Positions 16,237 to 24,894 of a stretch of DNA of 64,000 nt are shown in pieces (the stretch's first letter is position 1; each line of letters begins with the position of its first letter). The notes under the pieces are model-generated. The model had not been told where the DNA came from and did no database searches. It worked only from the letters and a program-made list of their open reading frames with translations. Source of the stretch: Myxococcales bacterium (GTDB lineage: Bacteria; Myxococcota; Myxococcia; Myxococcales; 40CM-4-68-19); NCBI GenBank assembly GCA_038231075.1, contig JBBRMA010000015.1, forward strand, positions 35,904 through 99,903. Direction: 5' to 3'. The position numbers and the translations under genes were made by a program.

Positions 16237-17189
16237 CAGCGCTTCAGTCTAGCGCGGTCGCGCAGGGTGGGCCCAGGCGGAGTCGCGGGGTGCGCGAAGA
16301 GCAGCGTCTTGCGATCGACCGGCATCGCCAGGCCGCGGAAGAAGCCTTCGAGGAAGCCGAGGATGCGCGCCAGTCCACGCGGCTTGCGCAGCCGCAGCAG
16401 GTCGAAGACGGGAGGCCAGAGCGCGTGCGCCCCGAACTCCCAGAGCGGGACCACGATCGCCGACAGCCGCCCCGCGCGCAGCGGCTTGGCGCAGACCGCG
16501 CCGATGGCGGTCCAGTCGCGGCGGGCGTGCGCGCGGCCCTCGCAGAAGGTGCGGAAGCCGTCGTGGACGATGGAGAGCTCGGCCGACTCGTAAGCGTGCC
16601 AGCCGGTGAGCAACAACCGCCCGGTGATGTCCCAGTCGTCGCCCGAAGGAAAGATTGCGCCCGGACCGAAGGCCTCGTCGAAGCCGCCCAGGGAGAGCAC
16701 GACGTCGCGGCGCACGGCCATCCCCGCGCCGATGCCATGCCCGGCGCAAGTGGCGGCGAGGGAGCGCACGAGGCGGCTCGTGCTCCGCTCGTAGGTCGGC
16801 ACGTAGCCCTGGCTGGGGTCGTGCGGGGCCGCGACCACGTTGCAGAAAGCGATCGCGGCGCCAGGCTGGCCCTCGAGCGTCCGGGCCATCGCCACCGCCC
16901 AGCCCGGGCGCGCCTCGCAGTCGTCGTCGGTGCAGACCACGATCTCGCCGCGGGCCTCCTGCAGCCCGGCGTTGAGCGCCATCCCCTTGCCCCGCGTCGC
17001 CGAGCGCAGGTAGCGCAGCCTGGTGTCGGCGCGGAGCGGAGCGAGGGCCTCTTCGGTGTCCGGGCCGTCGCTCTGATCGACGACCAGCACCTCGAGGGGT
17101 CCATGGTCGCCCGCCAGCAGCGACTCGATCGCGCGGACGATCGAGACAGGCCGATTCCGGGTGCAGACGAGCGCTGAGGTGATCCCCAC
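16236..17189 (-). CDS. GT2 glycosyltransferase, paralog 4 of 4 (most divergent)
   Basis: 317 aa. 'ALVCTRNR', 'CTDDDCEARPGW' and 'PSGDDWDITGRLL'. Its stop overlaps the start of paralog 3 by 1 nt. Confidence 0.8.
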   Translation of the reverse strand: MGITSALVCTRNRPVSIVRAIESLLAGDHGPLEVLVVDQSDGPDTEEALAPLRADTRLRYLRSATRGKGMALNAGLQEARGEIVVCTDDDCEARPGWAVAMARTLEGQPGAAIAFCNVVAAPHDPSQGYVPTYERSTSRLVRSLAATCAGHGIGAGMAVRRDVVLSLGGFDEAFGPGAIFPSGDDWDITGRLLLTGWHAYESAELSIVHDGFRTFCEGRAHARRDWTAIGAVCAKPLRAGRLSAIVVPLWEFGAHALWPPVFDLLRLRKPRGLARILGFLEGFFRGLAMPVDRKTLLFAHPATPPGPTLRDRARLKR

Positions 17190-17234
17190 GGAGGGTCACT
17201 GTATCGCCCCAGCGCCACGAGCTGGCAACTCGGC

Positions 17235-18275
17235 TCAGCAGCGCGAGCGGACGAAGTCGAAGAGCAGTCGCGCGTTCGTCCGGGCATCGAAGCGCCGCTC
17301 GGCTTCCGCCCTGCAGCTCTTCGCCATGCGGTTGCGCATCGCGCGGTCGACGACCAGGGCCTCGAGCGCGTCACCGAGGGCGGCCGCGTCGTCGCGCGCC
17401 ACCACGTGGCCAGTCTCCCCTTCCTTGACCATGTCGGAGAGCCCGCCGACTCGCGTGGTCACCAGCGGCATGCCGGCCGCCAGCGCCTCCATGCAGACCA
17501 GCGAGTAGCAGTCGGCCCGCGTGGGCAGCGCGAAGACGTCGCAGGTGGCGTACAGCTCGCGCAGCTTCAGCGAATTGGCCGAGACGTTGCGGTAGACCGT
17601 GACACCGGGCTCGTCCGGCACCAGGTCGCGGGTCACCAATACCAGCGTCGCGTGGCCTCGCAGGCGGGCGCGGAAGACCTCGAGCAAGAGGTCGCCGCCC
17701 TTGCGCTTGAAGTCGCCGCCGACGAAGAGGATGCGGGGGATCTCGTGCGCTCGATCTCCCGGCACGAAGTCGGTCAGGTCGATGCCCGGCGGAATGACCG
17801 CCACGGAGCTGTCGGGGCAGCCGTAGTCCTCGACGTAGGAGGCCTTGGTCCAGTTCGACCAGGCGACGAACCCGGCGGCGCGCTCGAAGATCCGGCGATA
17901 GAGGGCGCGCTTGGCCCGCTCGGCGAAGCGCCCCTCGGGCCTGAGGCCGTACGCCTCGCGCATGCCGCGCTTGTTCAGCGGGGTGCCGTCGCTGGAGAGC
18001 ACCGCCGGCTTCTTGCGGAAGTGGTCCGCGGACAGCATGGCGATGGTGGTGGTGTGGAAGAAGAGACCGTCCACCTCGTCGAGGAGCGGGGTGATCGCGC
18101 GGCGGGCGATCAGGCTGCCGGTGAAGGCCCAGGGAAGCGGGCCGTGCTCGAACTCGACGGGCAGCCAGCGCGGCCGCACCTCACCGGCGACGGCCTCCTC
18201 GCGGCGCAAGTTGAGATAGTGGGTGATGCTGCCCAGCGTCTGCTCCATGACGTAGGCGATCGGGCGCCCGCTCAT
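17235..18275 (-). CDS. GT4 (GT-B fold) glycosyltransferase
   Basis: 346 aa. The C-terminal 'FALPTRADCYSLVCMEALAAGMPLV' region matches the GT4 sugar-donor binding pattern. The start overlaps the upstream AT3 stop (ATGA). Confidence 0.85.
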   Translation of the reverse strand: MSGRPIAYVMEQTLGSITHYLNLRREEAVAGEVRPRWLPVEFEHGPLPWAFTGSLIARRAITPLLDEVDGLFFHTTTIAMLSADHFRKKPAVLSSDGTPLNKRGMREAYGLRPEGRFAERAKRALYRRIFERAAGFVAWSNWTKASYVEDYGCPDSSVAVIPPGIDLTDFVPGDRAHEIPRILFVGGDFKRKGGDLLLEVFRARLRGHATLVLVTRDLVPDEPGVTVYRNVSANSLKLRELYATCDVFALPTRADCYSLVCMEALAAGMPLVTTRVGGLSDMVKEGETGHVVARDDAAALGDALEALVVDRAMRNRMAKSCRAEAERRFDARTNARLLFDFVRSRC

Positions 18276-19501
18276 CTCTCCCCCAGGAGCGCCGGCAGCG
18301 ATCGCACCCGCTCGCGGAGGCGCTGCGGCCAGTCACGTCGCATGCAAGGCTTCTCCACCAGCACGAAATAGAGCCCACAGGGCAAGAGCAAGAGCGGCCC
18401 CACCACCGCGAGCTGCAAGACGAGGTTGGCCGCGTACCAGGACGTCGGTGCCATGCCTTTGGTCTGCGAGAGGATCACGTTCAGAACGGGGTTGTGCAGC
18501 AGGTAGATCGTGTAGCACATGCCGCCGATCGTGGTGACGAGGCCGTTGGTCAGCACGAGGTTGGTGAGCCGCCCGCGGAAGGCGGCACAATAGAGAAAGA
18601 AGATCGCGCAGGGGAAGAGCAGCGCGGTGAAGAGCGGCTCCGGCGTCGGCGCTGCTCCGGAGACGGGGGCCGCTTGCGCGCTCCAGGCCCACAAGAGGAG
18701 CGGCCAGACCAGCAGGGTGACGAGGTCCCAGCGGAAGGCGCGGGCGGGGCGCGCGGCTCGCTCCTCGAGGAAGAGGTCGGCCAACAAGAAGCCGACCAGG
18801 AAGAAATGGAGGAAGCGCAAAATGGTGAGCGAGGCGCGCTGGCCGGGCTGAAGAAAGGAGTGGCCGAGCAGGATCGAGGCGGCGCTGAGCCCGACCAGCG
18901 TGGAGCGGCGCATCACCTTGTTGCGGATGGCGAAGAGGCCGGCCAGCACCGGCGTCAGCAGGTAGAACTGGATCTCGATCTCCAGCGACCAGGCGACGTT
19001 GTTGATCGGGCTCTCGGTCGCATAGAGGAGGTTGTGCAGGTAGACGAGGCTGGCGGCGAGGTGCGGCCAGAGCTCGGCGGCGCTGCGGCCGCGCACCCCC
19101 ACGTGGAGCGCGAAGAGCAGCACCATGCAGAGGAGGTAGGGCGGCTCGAGCCGGGTGACCCGCCGGAGGAAGTACTGCTTGAGCAGAACGCGCGGGCTCC
19201 CCTGGAGGAAGTGGGCGGCGAAGGGGAGCGCCAGGATGAAGCCGCTGATGACGAAGAACAGCTCGACGCCGCGAAAGCCGTTCCACGCCAGCGTCGCCAG
19301 CCAGCTGTCCGCGGGCCTCCCGAACTTCTCGGGCGCCTTGATGGAGAGGCCGATCGCGAGGTGGAAGAGCACCACCACGAAGACGGCGATGAAGCGAAGC
19401 CCGTCGATCTCGGGGATGAAGGCGCCAGAGGCGGTGACGCGGCGAAAGGGCGCCAGCAGGCGACCTGGTCTTTGACCGGCGTCGGTCACCTCGTCGGCCA
19501 C
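18272..19501 (-). CDS. AT3 family membrane O-acyltransferase
   Basis: 409 aa with a GTG start. 'IPEIDGLRFIAVFVVVLFHL', 'FFVISGFILA' and the C-terminal 'CYTIYLLHNP'. Confidence 0.85.
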   Translation of the reverse strand: MADEVTDAGQRPGRLLAPFRRVTASGAFIPEIDGLRFIAVFVVVLFHLAIGLSIKAPEKFGRPADSWLATLAWNGFRGVELFFVISGFILALPFAAHFLQGSPRVLLKQYFLRRVTRLEPPYLLCMVLLFALHVGVRGRSAAELWPHLAASLVYLHNLLYATESPINNVAWSLEIEIQFYLLTPVLAGLFAIRNKVMRRSTLVGLSAASILLGHSFLQPGQRASLTILRFLHFFLVGFLLADLFLEERAARPARAFRWDLVTLLVWPLLLWAWSAQAAPVSGAAPTPEPLFTALLFPCAIFFLYCAAFRGRLTNLVLTNGLVTTIGGMCYTIYLLHNPVLNVILSQTKGMAPTSWYAANLVLQLAVVGPLLLLPCGLYFVLVEKPCMRRDWPQRLRERVRSLPALLGER

Positions 19502-19590
19502 GGCGCGACAATAAGTCGGGGTCCGGCAGGCGAGTCAAGTGAGCGTTGGAGGCCGTTTACCGGCCGGGATTTTCGTGGTCTACAGGCGGG

Positions 19591-20640
19591 ATGAAGACGC
19601 TCATCCTGGCCGCCGGGCGCTTCGGGCGCACGGTGTCCGATGACGTCGCGGCAGGGCGCGAGCCAAGGCTCGACGTCCACGAGCTGCAGGCGGCCCTCGG
19701 CGCCGATCTGCTCGACTTCCGCGACGTGGACGCCTCCTCCCTTCTCGCCGTCCGCGCCGCCCGGACCCTGAGCGCCTCGGCGGGGCTGGCAGCGCTTGGC
19801 GCGCAGGTCAGCGCGGGCTACGACGCGGTCCTGACGACGGGCGAGGACATCGGCATCCCGCTCGCGACGCTGCTCACCGGACGGCGCAAGCGGCCGGTCC
19901 ACACCATGATCGCGCACACCCTCAGCCCCTGGAAGAAGCGCCTCTTCGTCCAGGGCCTCGGGATGGGCAGCCGCATCGACCGCTTCCTCTGCTACGCCTC
20001 CTCGGAGGAGAAGCTGATGACCGGGCAGCTCGGCATCCCGGCCGCAAGAGTGCGGCGCATCGCCTACCACGCGGACGCCCGGTTCTTCCGACCCATGCCC
20101 GAGGTCAAGGTCGAGCCCGACCTGATCTGCAGCGCCGGCCAGCTGCTGCGCGACTACGACTGCCTGATCGAGGCCTGCCGCGAGCTGCCCGTGCGGGTGC
20201 GGATCGCTGCCGGCAGCCCATGGATCGACAAGGAGCTGCGCCCCGACAAGCCGCTGCCGCAGAACGTGGAGTGGCAGAAGTATCCCCGCTTCGAGCTGCG
20301 CGACCTCTATGCGCGAGCGGCGGTGGCGGTGGTGCCGATCGTCGAGAACGACTATCAGACGGGCATCTCCACCATTTTGGAGATGATGGCGATGGGCAAG
20401 TGCGTCATCGTCAGCCGCACCCGCGGCCAGACCGACACCATCATCGACGGGGTCAACGGGCTCTACGTGCCGCCCGGCGATCCGGTCGCGTTGCGCGCCA
20501 CCATCCGCCGCGTGCTCGATCATCCGGAGGAAGCGGCGCGCCTGGGCGAGGCCGCGCGCCGCTACGTGCTGGCCGAGGCCAGCCTCGAGCTCTTCGTCGC
20601 ACGCATCACCGAGACCATGCGGCAGGCCGCTAGGACCTGA
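19591..20640 (+). CDS. GT4 (GT-B fold) glycosyltransferase
   Basis: The start was trimmed to 'MKTLILAAG' (ATG at 19591). The C-terminal 'QTGISTILEMMAMGKCVIVS..G..D.I.DGVNG' is GT4-like. Confidence 0.8.
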   Translation: MKTLILAAGRFGRTVSDDVAAGREPRLDVHELQAALGADLLDFRDVDASSLLAVRAARTLSASAGLAALGAQVSAGYDAVLTTGEDIGIPLATLLTGRRKRPVHTMIAHTLSPWKKRLFVQGLGMGSRIDRFLCYASSEEKLMTGQLGIPAARVRRIAYHADARFFRPMPEVKVEPDLICSAGQLLRDYDCLIEACRELPVRVRIAAGSPWIDKELRPDKPLPQNVEWQKYPRFELRDLYARAAVAVVPIVENDYQTGISTILEMMAMGKCVIVSRTRGQTDTIIDGVNGLYVPPGDPVALRATIRRVLDHPEEAARLGEAARRYVLAEASLELFVARITETMRQAART

Positions 20641-22105
20641 GGTCCCTTGCCAGCAGGCTGCAGGCGCGCGCCGCCAGCGCCATGGACGTGAGGGTCGGAT
20701 TCTTTTCGGGGCCGGTGGTGAAGGCGCTGGAGTCGACCACCAGCACGTTCGGGACCGCGTGGAGGCGGCAGCGGCCATCGAGCATGCCGTAGCGGGGCGA
20801 GGCGTGCATGCGGACAGTGCCGCCGTAGTGCACCGAGCTGCCGACGTTGCGCAGCTCCCAGTGGGTGCGCGTGGGGCAAACGCCGGCGCTCTCGAGAATC
20901 TCGGCGAGCCGGTCGCGGGCCTGCTCGATGGTTGCGATGGTCTGCGGAGAAAAGCTCAGCTCGATGCGCAACCCCGCCACTCCCGAGCCGTCGTCCTGGT
21001 TGGCCGCGAGCGACACCCGGTGGTCGCGCTCTGGCGCCACCGTGCCGAAGAGGTTGAAGCCGATCGCGTGCGAGCTGCCTCCGCCCGGCAAGAGCGCGCG
21101 CCGCACCCGCATCCCAGTGTTGCTCCAGAGGACGCTGGCCACCCCCGAGAGCGGCTCCGAGCCCTGGTACGGCCCGCGGGTCACATAGCTCGGCGGGTGG
21201 ATGGAGAGGACCTTCCTGGTGTCGAAGCCCACGTGCGCCAGCGGATGGTCGTGCAGGTAGCGGCCGAGGACGTCCTCGGTGTTGCCGAGCCCGGCGGGAA
21301 AGTCCGGCGAGGTCGACGCCAGCAGCAGGCGGGTGGAGTTCAGCGCTCCCGCGGCCACCACCACCACGGTCGCAGGCAGTGCTACCTCGGCGCCGCGGGC
21401 ATCGCGGTAGATGACGCGCGTGACGCGCTTGTGCTCGCCCGACCACTCGAGCCGCAGGGCGCGCGCCGAGAAGACGATCTGAAAGCGCGGCGACCGCGGC
21501 AAGCCGGCCAGCATCCGCGAATAGGAGTTGAACGGCGTCCCGCTGGCAGTGGCGGTCCAGCGCCCTGAGTAGGCGAGCGGCAGCGGAGCGACGCCGTGGC
21601 CGCGGGCCGCCGCTTGCTCGACGATGGGCTGCCAGTCAGGAGCGAGCGTGGCGGGATCGCTGACCTCGCCGCCAGGCAGGTTCGGCACGTCGTACCCTCC
21701 GCCGCTGATCTGCAGCAGCCGCTCCATCTCTGGATAGTGCGCCCCCAGCTCCTCGTACGAGAGCGGCCAGCGGTGCTGCTCGCCCAGCCGCTCGCCGTCG
21801 CTCAGATCCTCGGGCGCGAAGCGCGGGACCGCGCAGGTCCAGTGGTTGGAGAGTCCGCCGGCCGCGAGGTCGACGTACCAGTCGGGCGTCGGCGCCACAC
21901 CCGGGGCGAGCCGCGGCGGATGAGCGAGGTGCCTGCGCAGCCGGAACACCGTCAGTTCGCGCGTGCGCACGGTCAAGCCGAGGGCGGAGCGCTCGCTTCC
22001 CGCCTCGAGAATGGTGACTGCGATTCCCGCTCGATGGAGCGTCCAGGCAGCTGCGGCACCGGCCGGTCCCGTGCCGATGACGACGGCGCGGCGTTCCTCA
22101 TCCAT
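20630..22105 (-). CDS. GMC-family FAD-dependent oxidoreductase
   Basis: The start was trimmed to 'MDEERRAVVIGTGPAGAAAA' (Rossmann GxGxxG). The C-terminal 'HYGGTVRM...VVDSSAFTTGPEKNPTLTSMALA' matches the GMC_oxred_C pattern. The 591-nt N-terminal extension in the ORF track is Ala/Arg-rich and non-protein-like. Confidence 0.8.
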   Translation of the reverse strand: MDEERRAVVIGTGPAGAAAAWTLHRAGIAVTILEAGSERSALGLTVRTRELTVFRLRRHLAHPPRLAPGVAPTPDWYVDLAAGGLSNHWTCAVPRFAPEDLSDGERLGEQHRWPLSYEELGAHYPEMERLLQISGGGYDVPNLPGGEVSDPATLAPDWQPIVEQAAARGHGVAPLPLAYSGRWTATASGTPFNSYSRMLAGLPRSPRFQIVFSARALRLEWSGEHKRVTRVIYRDARGAEVALPATVVVVAAGALNSTRLLLASTSPDFPAGLGNTEDVLGRYLHDHPLAHVGFDTRKVLSIHPPSYVTRGPYQGSEPLSGVASVLWSNTGMRVRRALLPGGGSSHAIGFNLFGTVAPERDHRVSLAANQDDGSGVAGLRIELSFSPQTIATIEQARDRLAEILESAGVCPTRTHWELRNVGSSVHYGGTVRMHASPRYGMLDGRCRLHAVPNVLVVDSSAFTTGPEKNPTLTSMALAARACSLLARDLRS

Positions 22106-22159
22106 CGGAGGCAGGAAGCCAGATTGCCGGAGGCTGGTCAATTGGATAGAGCTAGGAGG

Positions 22160-23149
22160 ATGCAACTGCGGCAGTTCGGCAGCACCGACCTGCGCGTCTC
22201 TCCGGTGGGAGTTGGCTGCGCGCGCATCGGCGGCATCTTCCAGAGGGACCCCGGCGGCTTTGTCGGCCTGCTCTCGTCCGCGCTCGACGCCGGCATCAAC
22301 TTCTTCGACACCGCGGACATCTACAGCCAGGGCGAGAGCGAGACGCTGATCGGTCGCGCCTTTCGCGGCAAGCGCGACCAGGTGGTCATCGCCAGCAAGG
22401 CGGGCTACGTGCTCCCGGCGCAGCGCCGCTTCATCGCCCGCATCAAGCCGCTGGTGCGGCCGCTCATCCGGCTCTTGAAGATCAGCCGCAAGAGCCTGCC
22501 CTCGGGCGTGCGCGGCACTCCCTCCCAGGACTTCTCGCCCGACCATCTCCGCGCCGCCGTCGAGGGCAGCCTGCGCCGCCTGCGGACCGATCGGCTCGAT
22601 CTCTTCCAGCTCCACAGCCCGAGCAAAGAGGTGATCGAGCGCGGAGAGTGGCTGCCCGCGCTCGAGGGGCTCAAGCGCGACGGCAAGATCCGCCACTGGG
22701 GAATCTCCTGCGACACGGTGGACGCGGCCCTGGCGGCGCTCCGGGTGCCGGGCGTGGCCTCGGTCCAGCTGGTCGTGAACCTGCTCGAGCGCCGGGTGGC
22801 GGTGGCAGCGGTGCCGCGAGCGAAAGAGCAGGGCGTGGCCGTCATCGCCCGCGAGTGCCTCGCCAACGGGCTGCTGGCCAAGGACCCGGCCTCCATCGAC
22901 CTCAAGGCGTACTGCAGCTCGCCGGAGGACGAGGCCCTGCGCTCCTCGCAGCTGGCGGCGGTCCGCGAGGTGGCGCGCGCGAGCGGCTGCGAACTGCCGC
23001 GGCTAGCGCTCCAGTACGCGACGCAGCTGGAGGGCGTGTCGGTGGCGCTGATCGGAGTGCGCGCCGCCGGCCAGCTGGCCGACAACCTGCGCTGGCTGGG
23101 CGCTCCCACGCTGCCGACCGGATCGCTGGTCGCGAGCCTGCGGACATGA
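22160..23149 (+). CDS. aldo/keto reductase
   Basis: 329 aa from the ATG at 22160, with AGGAGG directly upstream. 'GINFFDTADIYSQGESE' and 'RTDRLDLFQLHSP' are AKR motifs. Confidence 0.85.
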   Translation: MQLRQFGSTDLRVSPVGVGCARIGGIFQRDPGGFVGLLSSALDAGINFFDTADIYSQGESETLIGRAFRGKRDQVVIASKAGYVLPAQRRFIARIKPLVRPLIRLLKISRKSLPSGVRGTPSQDFSPDHLRAAVEGSLRRLRTDRLDLFQLHSPSKEVIERGEWLPALEGLKRDGKIRHWGISCDTVDAALAALRVPGVASVQLVVNLLERRVAVAAVPRAKEQGVAVIARECLANGLLAKDPASIDLKAYCSSPEDEALRSSQLAAVREVARASGCELPRLALQYATQLEGVSVALIGVRAAGQLADNLRWLGAPTLPTGSLVASLRT

Positions 23150-24849
23150 CCCGCCTGGCGATCACCTTCCTGCCTCGCGCCGGGCGCACCGCTGCGCTCG
23201 TCTGCGCCGCCATCTCCTGCGGCTGCAGCACGGCGTCGGGCGTCCGGGTCTCGGTCGATCCGCCCGCGGCCCAGCTGCTCGGCGGGCAGTCCGCGGCCTT
23301 CACCGCCTCGGTGACGGGCATCGCCAACCAAGGAGTGACCTGGTCGGTGAAAGAGGGCGCCGCGGGCGGCTCGGTCACTTCGGGCGGGGTCTACACCGCG
23401 CCCTCGTCGACGGGGCTGTTCCACGTCGTGGCCACCAGTCAGGCCGATGAATCCAAGAGCGGCAGCGCCGCCGCGACCGTGACCTCCTCGCCCATCAGCG
23501 CCGCGATCAGGCCCCAGGCCGCCGTGCTCCCGCCCCGAGGGCTGCAACCATTCAGCTGCCAGGTCAGCGGCACCGCAGACAAGGCCTGCTCCTGGTCGGT
23601 GCAGGAAGGCGCAGCGGGCGGCACCGTCAGCGACTCCGGGCTCTACACCGCGCCGGGGTCCGCGGGCTCCTATCACGTCGTCGCCAAGAGCCACGACGGC
23701 GCGCACACCGACACCGCCTCGGTCACCGTGACCAGCGGACCGCGCAGCTGCCCTGCCGGCACGGGCGCCGGCTCGATCGGCGTCTGGACCAGCATCACTC
23801 CCCCCGGCATCGACCTCACCACCACCGCCTTCGGGGGCAACAACTTTGGCATGCAGGAGATCGTCGTCGATCCGCTCGACCCTGCCACCGTCTACCTGAC
23901 CACCTGCTACCAGGGGTTCTGGCGCTCCACCGACTGCGGAACGACCTGGACCAAGATGAACACCGGCGCCAACGCCGCGGGCGTTGACGGCTCGCGCGGC
24001 TGGGCGCTCGACATTGATCCGGTCGACACCCAGACGCTCTACACCGCCTTCGGCTTCGGAGCGGGCAACCTCTGGCAGACGACCAACGGAGGGGTGGACT
24101 GGAACAAGATCATTCCCCCCGGAGTCACCGACTCGATCAACGCCTTCGGCGGTTCGGACCCGGATCTCTACGACATCAAAGTAGACCCCTTCGATCACCA
24201 CCACCTCATCGCAGTCTTCCACTCCTGGTTTGCGGGACCGGCCGGCCACGGCAACCACGACGCCGGCGTCCTCGAGGGGCGCTACAGCCCCGCCAGCAAG
24301 GCGTGGACCTTCACCATCCACAATCCCCCGGCGGGGATGGGCTACGCGCAGCTCATCTTCTTTCTCAACGATGGCAATAGCTGGCTGCTGGTCGGCGACG
24401 ACCCGAGCAACGGCACCTGGCGCACCACCGACGGGGGAGCTTCCTTCGTCAAGACCAACGGCAGCTACCACCAGCACGGCGGCTGCCAAGTTTATCAGAG
24501 CGGCGACGTCTACTACTCCTGCGGCACCCCGGGCGTCTGGCGCAGCACCGACGCGGGCGCTTCCTGGACCAACGTCAGCTCGATCTTGCCGTACACGCAG
24601 GGGTTGGTTGGCGACGGCCGGTTCATCTATGCCGAGCAGGCCGTGGCGGGACTCTTTCCGCCGCCGTTCGCCGCCTACAACTCGACCCTGTACGCGCCCG
24701 AAAGCCCCGGCGACAGCGGCTGGGCGCTCTTCGGCACGCAGAAGCTCTCCAACGGCGCCAAGCGCATGGCCGCCGATCGGATGCACCACATCATCTATGC
24801 GGCAGCCTGGGGCAGCGGGGTCTACCGGCTGGTGACCGAGGCGCAGTAG
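23146..24849 (+). CDS. lipoprotein: 2 Ig-like (Big_2-like) repeats + Asp-box (BNR) beta-propeller, paralog 1 of 3
   Basis: The ATG at 23146 overlaps the AKR stop (ATGA). The signal peptide has an 'AISCGC' lipobox. Two 'W.V.EGAAGG...YTAP...G.YHVVA.S' repeats are present. Asp-boxes: 'WRSTDCGTTW', 'WQTTNGGVDW', 'WRTTDGGASF' and 'WRSTDAGASW'. Confidence 0.8.
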   Translation: MTRLAITFLPRAGRTAALVCAAISCGCSTASGVRVSVDPPAAQLLGGQSAAFTASVTGIANQGVTWSVKEGAAGGSVTSGGVYTAPSSTGLFHVVATSQADESKSGSAAATVTSSPISAAIRPQAAVLPPRGLQPFSCQVSGTADKACSWSVQEGAAGGTVSDSGLYTAPGSAGSYHVVAKSHDGAHTDTASVTVTSGPRSCPAGTGAGSIGVWTSITPPGIDLTTTAFGGNNFGMQEIVVDPLDPATVYLTTCYQGFWRSTDCGTTWTKMNTGANAAGVDGSRGWALDIDPVDTQTLYTAFGFGAGNLWQTTNGGVDWNKIIPPGVTDSINAFGGSDPDLYDIKVDPFDHHHLIAVFHSWFAGPAGHGNHDAGVLEGRYSPASKAWTFTIHNPPAGMGYAQLIFFLNDGNSWLLVGDDPSNGTWRTTDGGASFVKTNGSYHQHGGCQVYQSGDVYYSCGTPGVWRSTDAGASWTNVSSILPYTQGLVGDGRFIYAEQAVAGLFPPPFAAYNSTLYAPESPGDSGWALFGTQKLSNGAKRMAADRMHHIIYAAAWGSGVYRLVTEAQ

Positions 24850-24894
24850 CCAGGACACGAGCACCTCAGGCAGCTCGGCGCAGAGCCGCGCGGC

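Noticed and set aside
22106-22696. N-terminal extension of the GMC oxidoreductase ORF (track start at 22696). Similar extensions occur at 57266-57325 (ugd), 57258-57386 (uxs), 60212-60385 (rph), 43898-44002 (giant GH30) and 45389-45529 (giant lectin protein)
   Set aside because: The extensions are non-protein-like, or they would bury the Rossmann motif or signal peptide. Internal ATGs with proper N-terminal motifs (GxGxxG, lipoprotein signals), sometimes with RBS-like sequences, fit better.
22405-24864. 819-aa minus-strand ORF antisense to the AKR and the first propeller lipoprotein
   Set aside because: It is a shadow ORF. The sense-strand products have clear AKR and Asp-box motifs.
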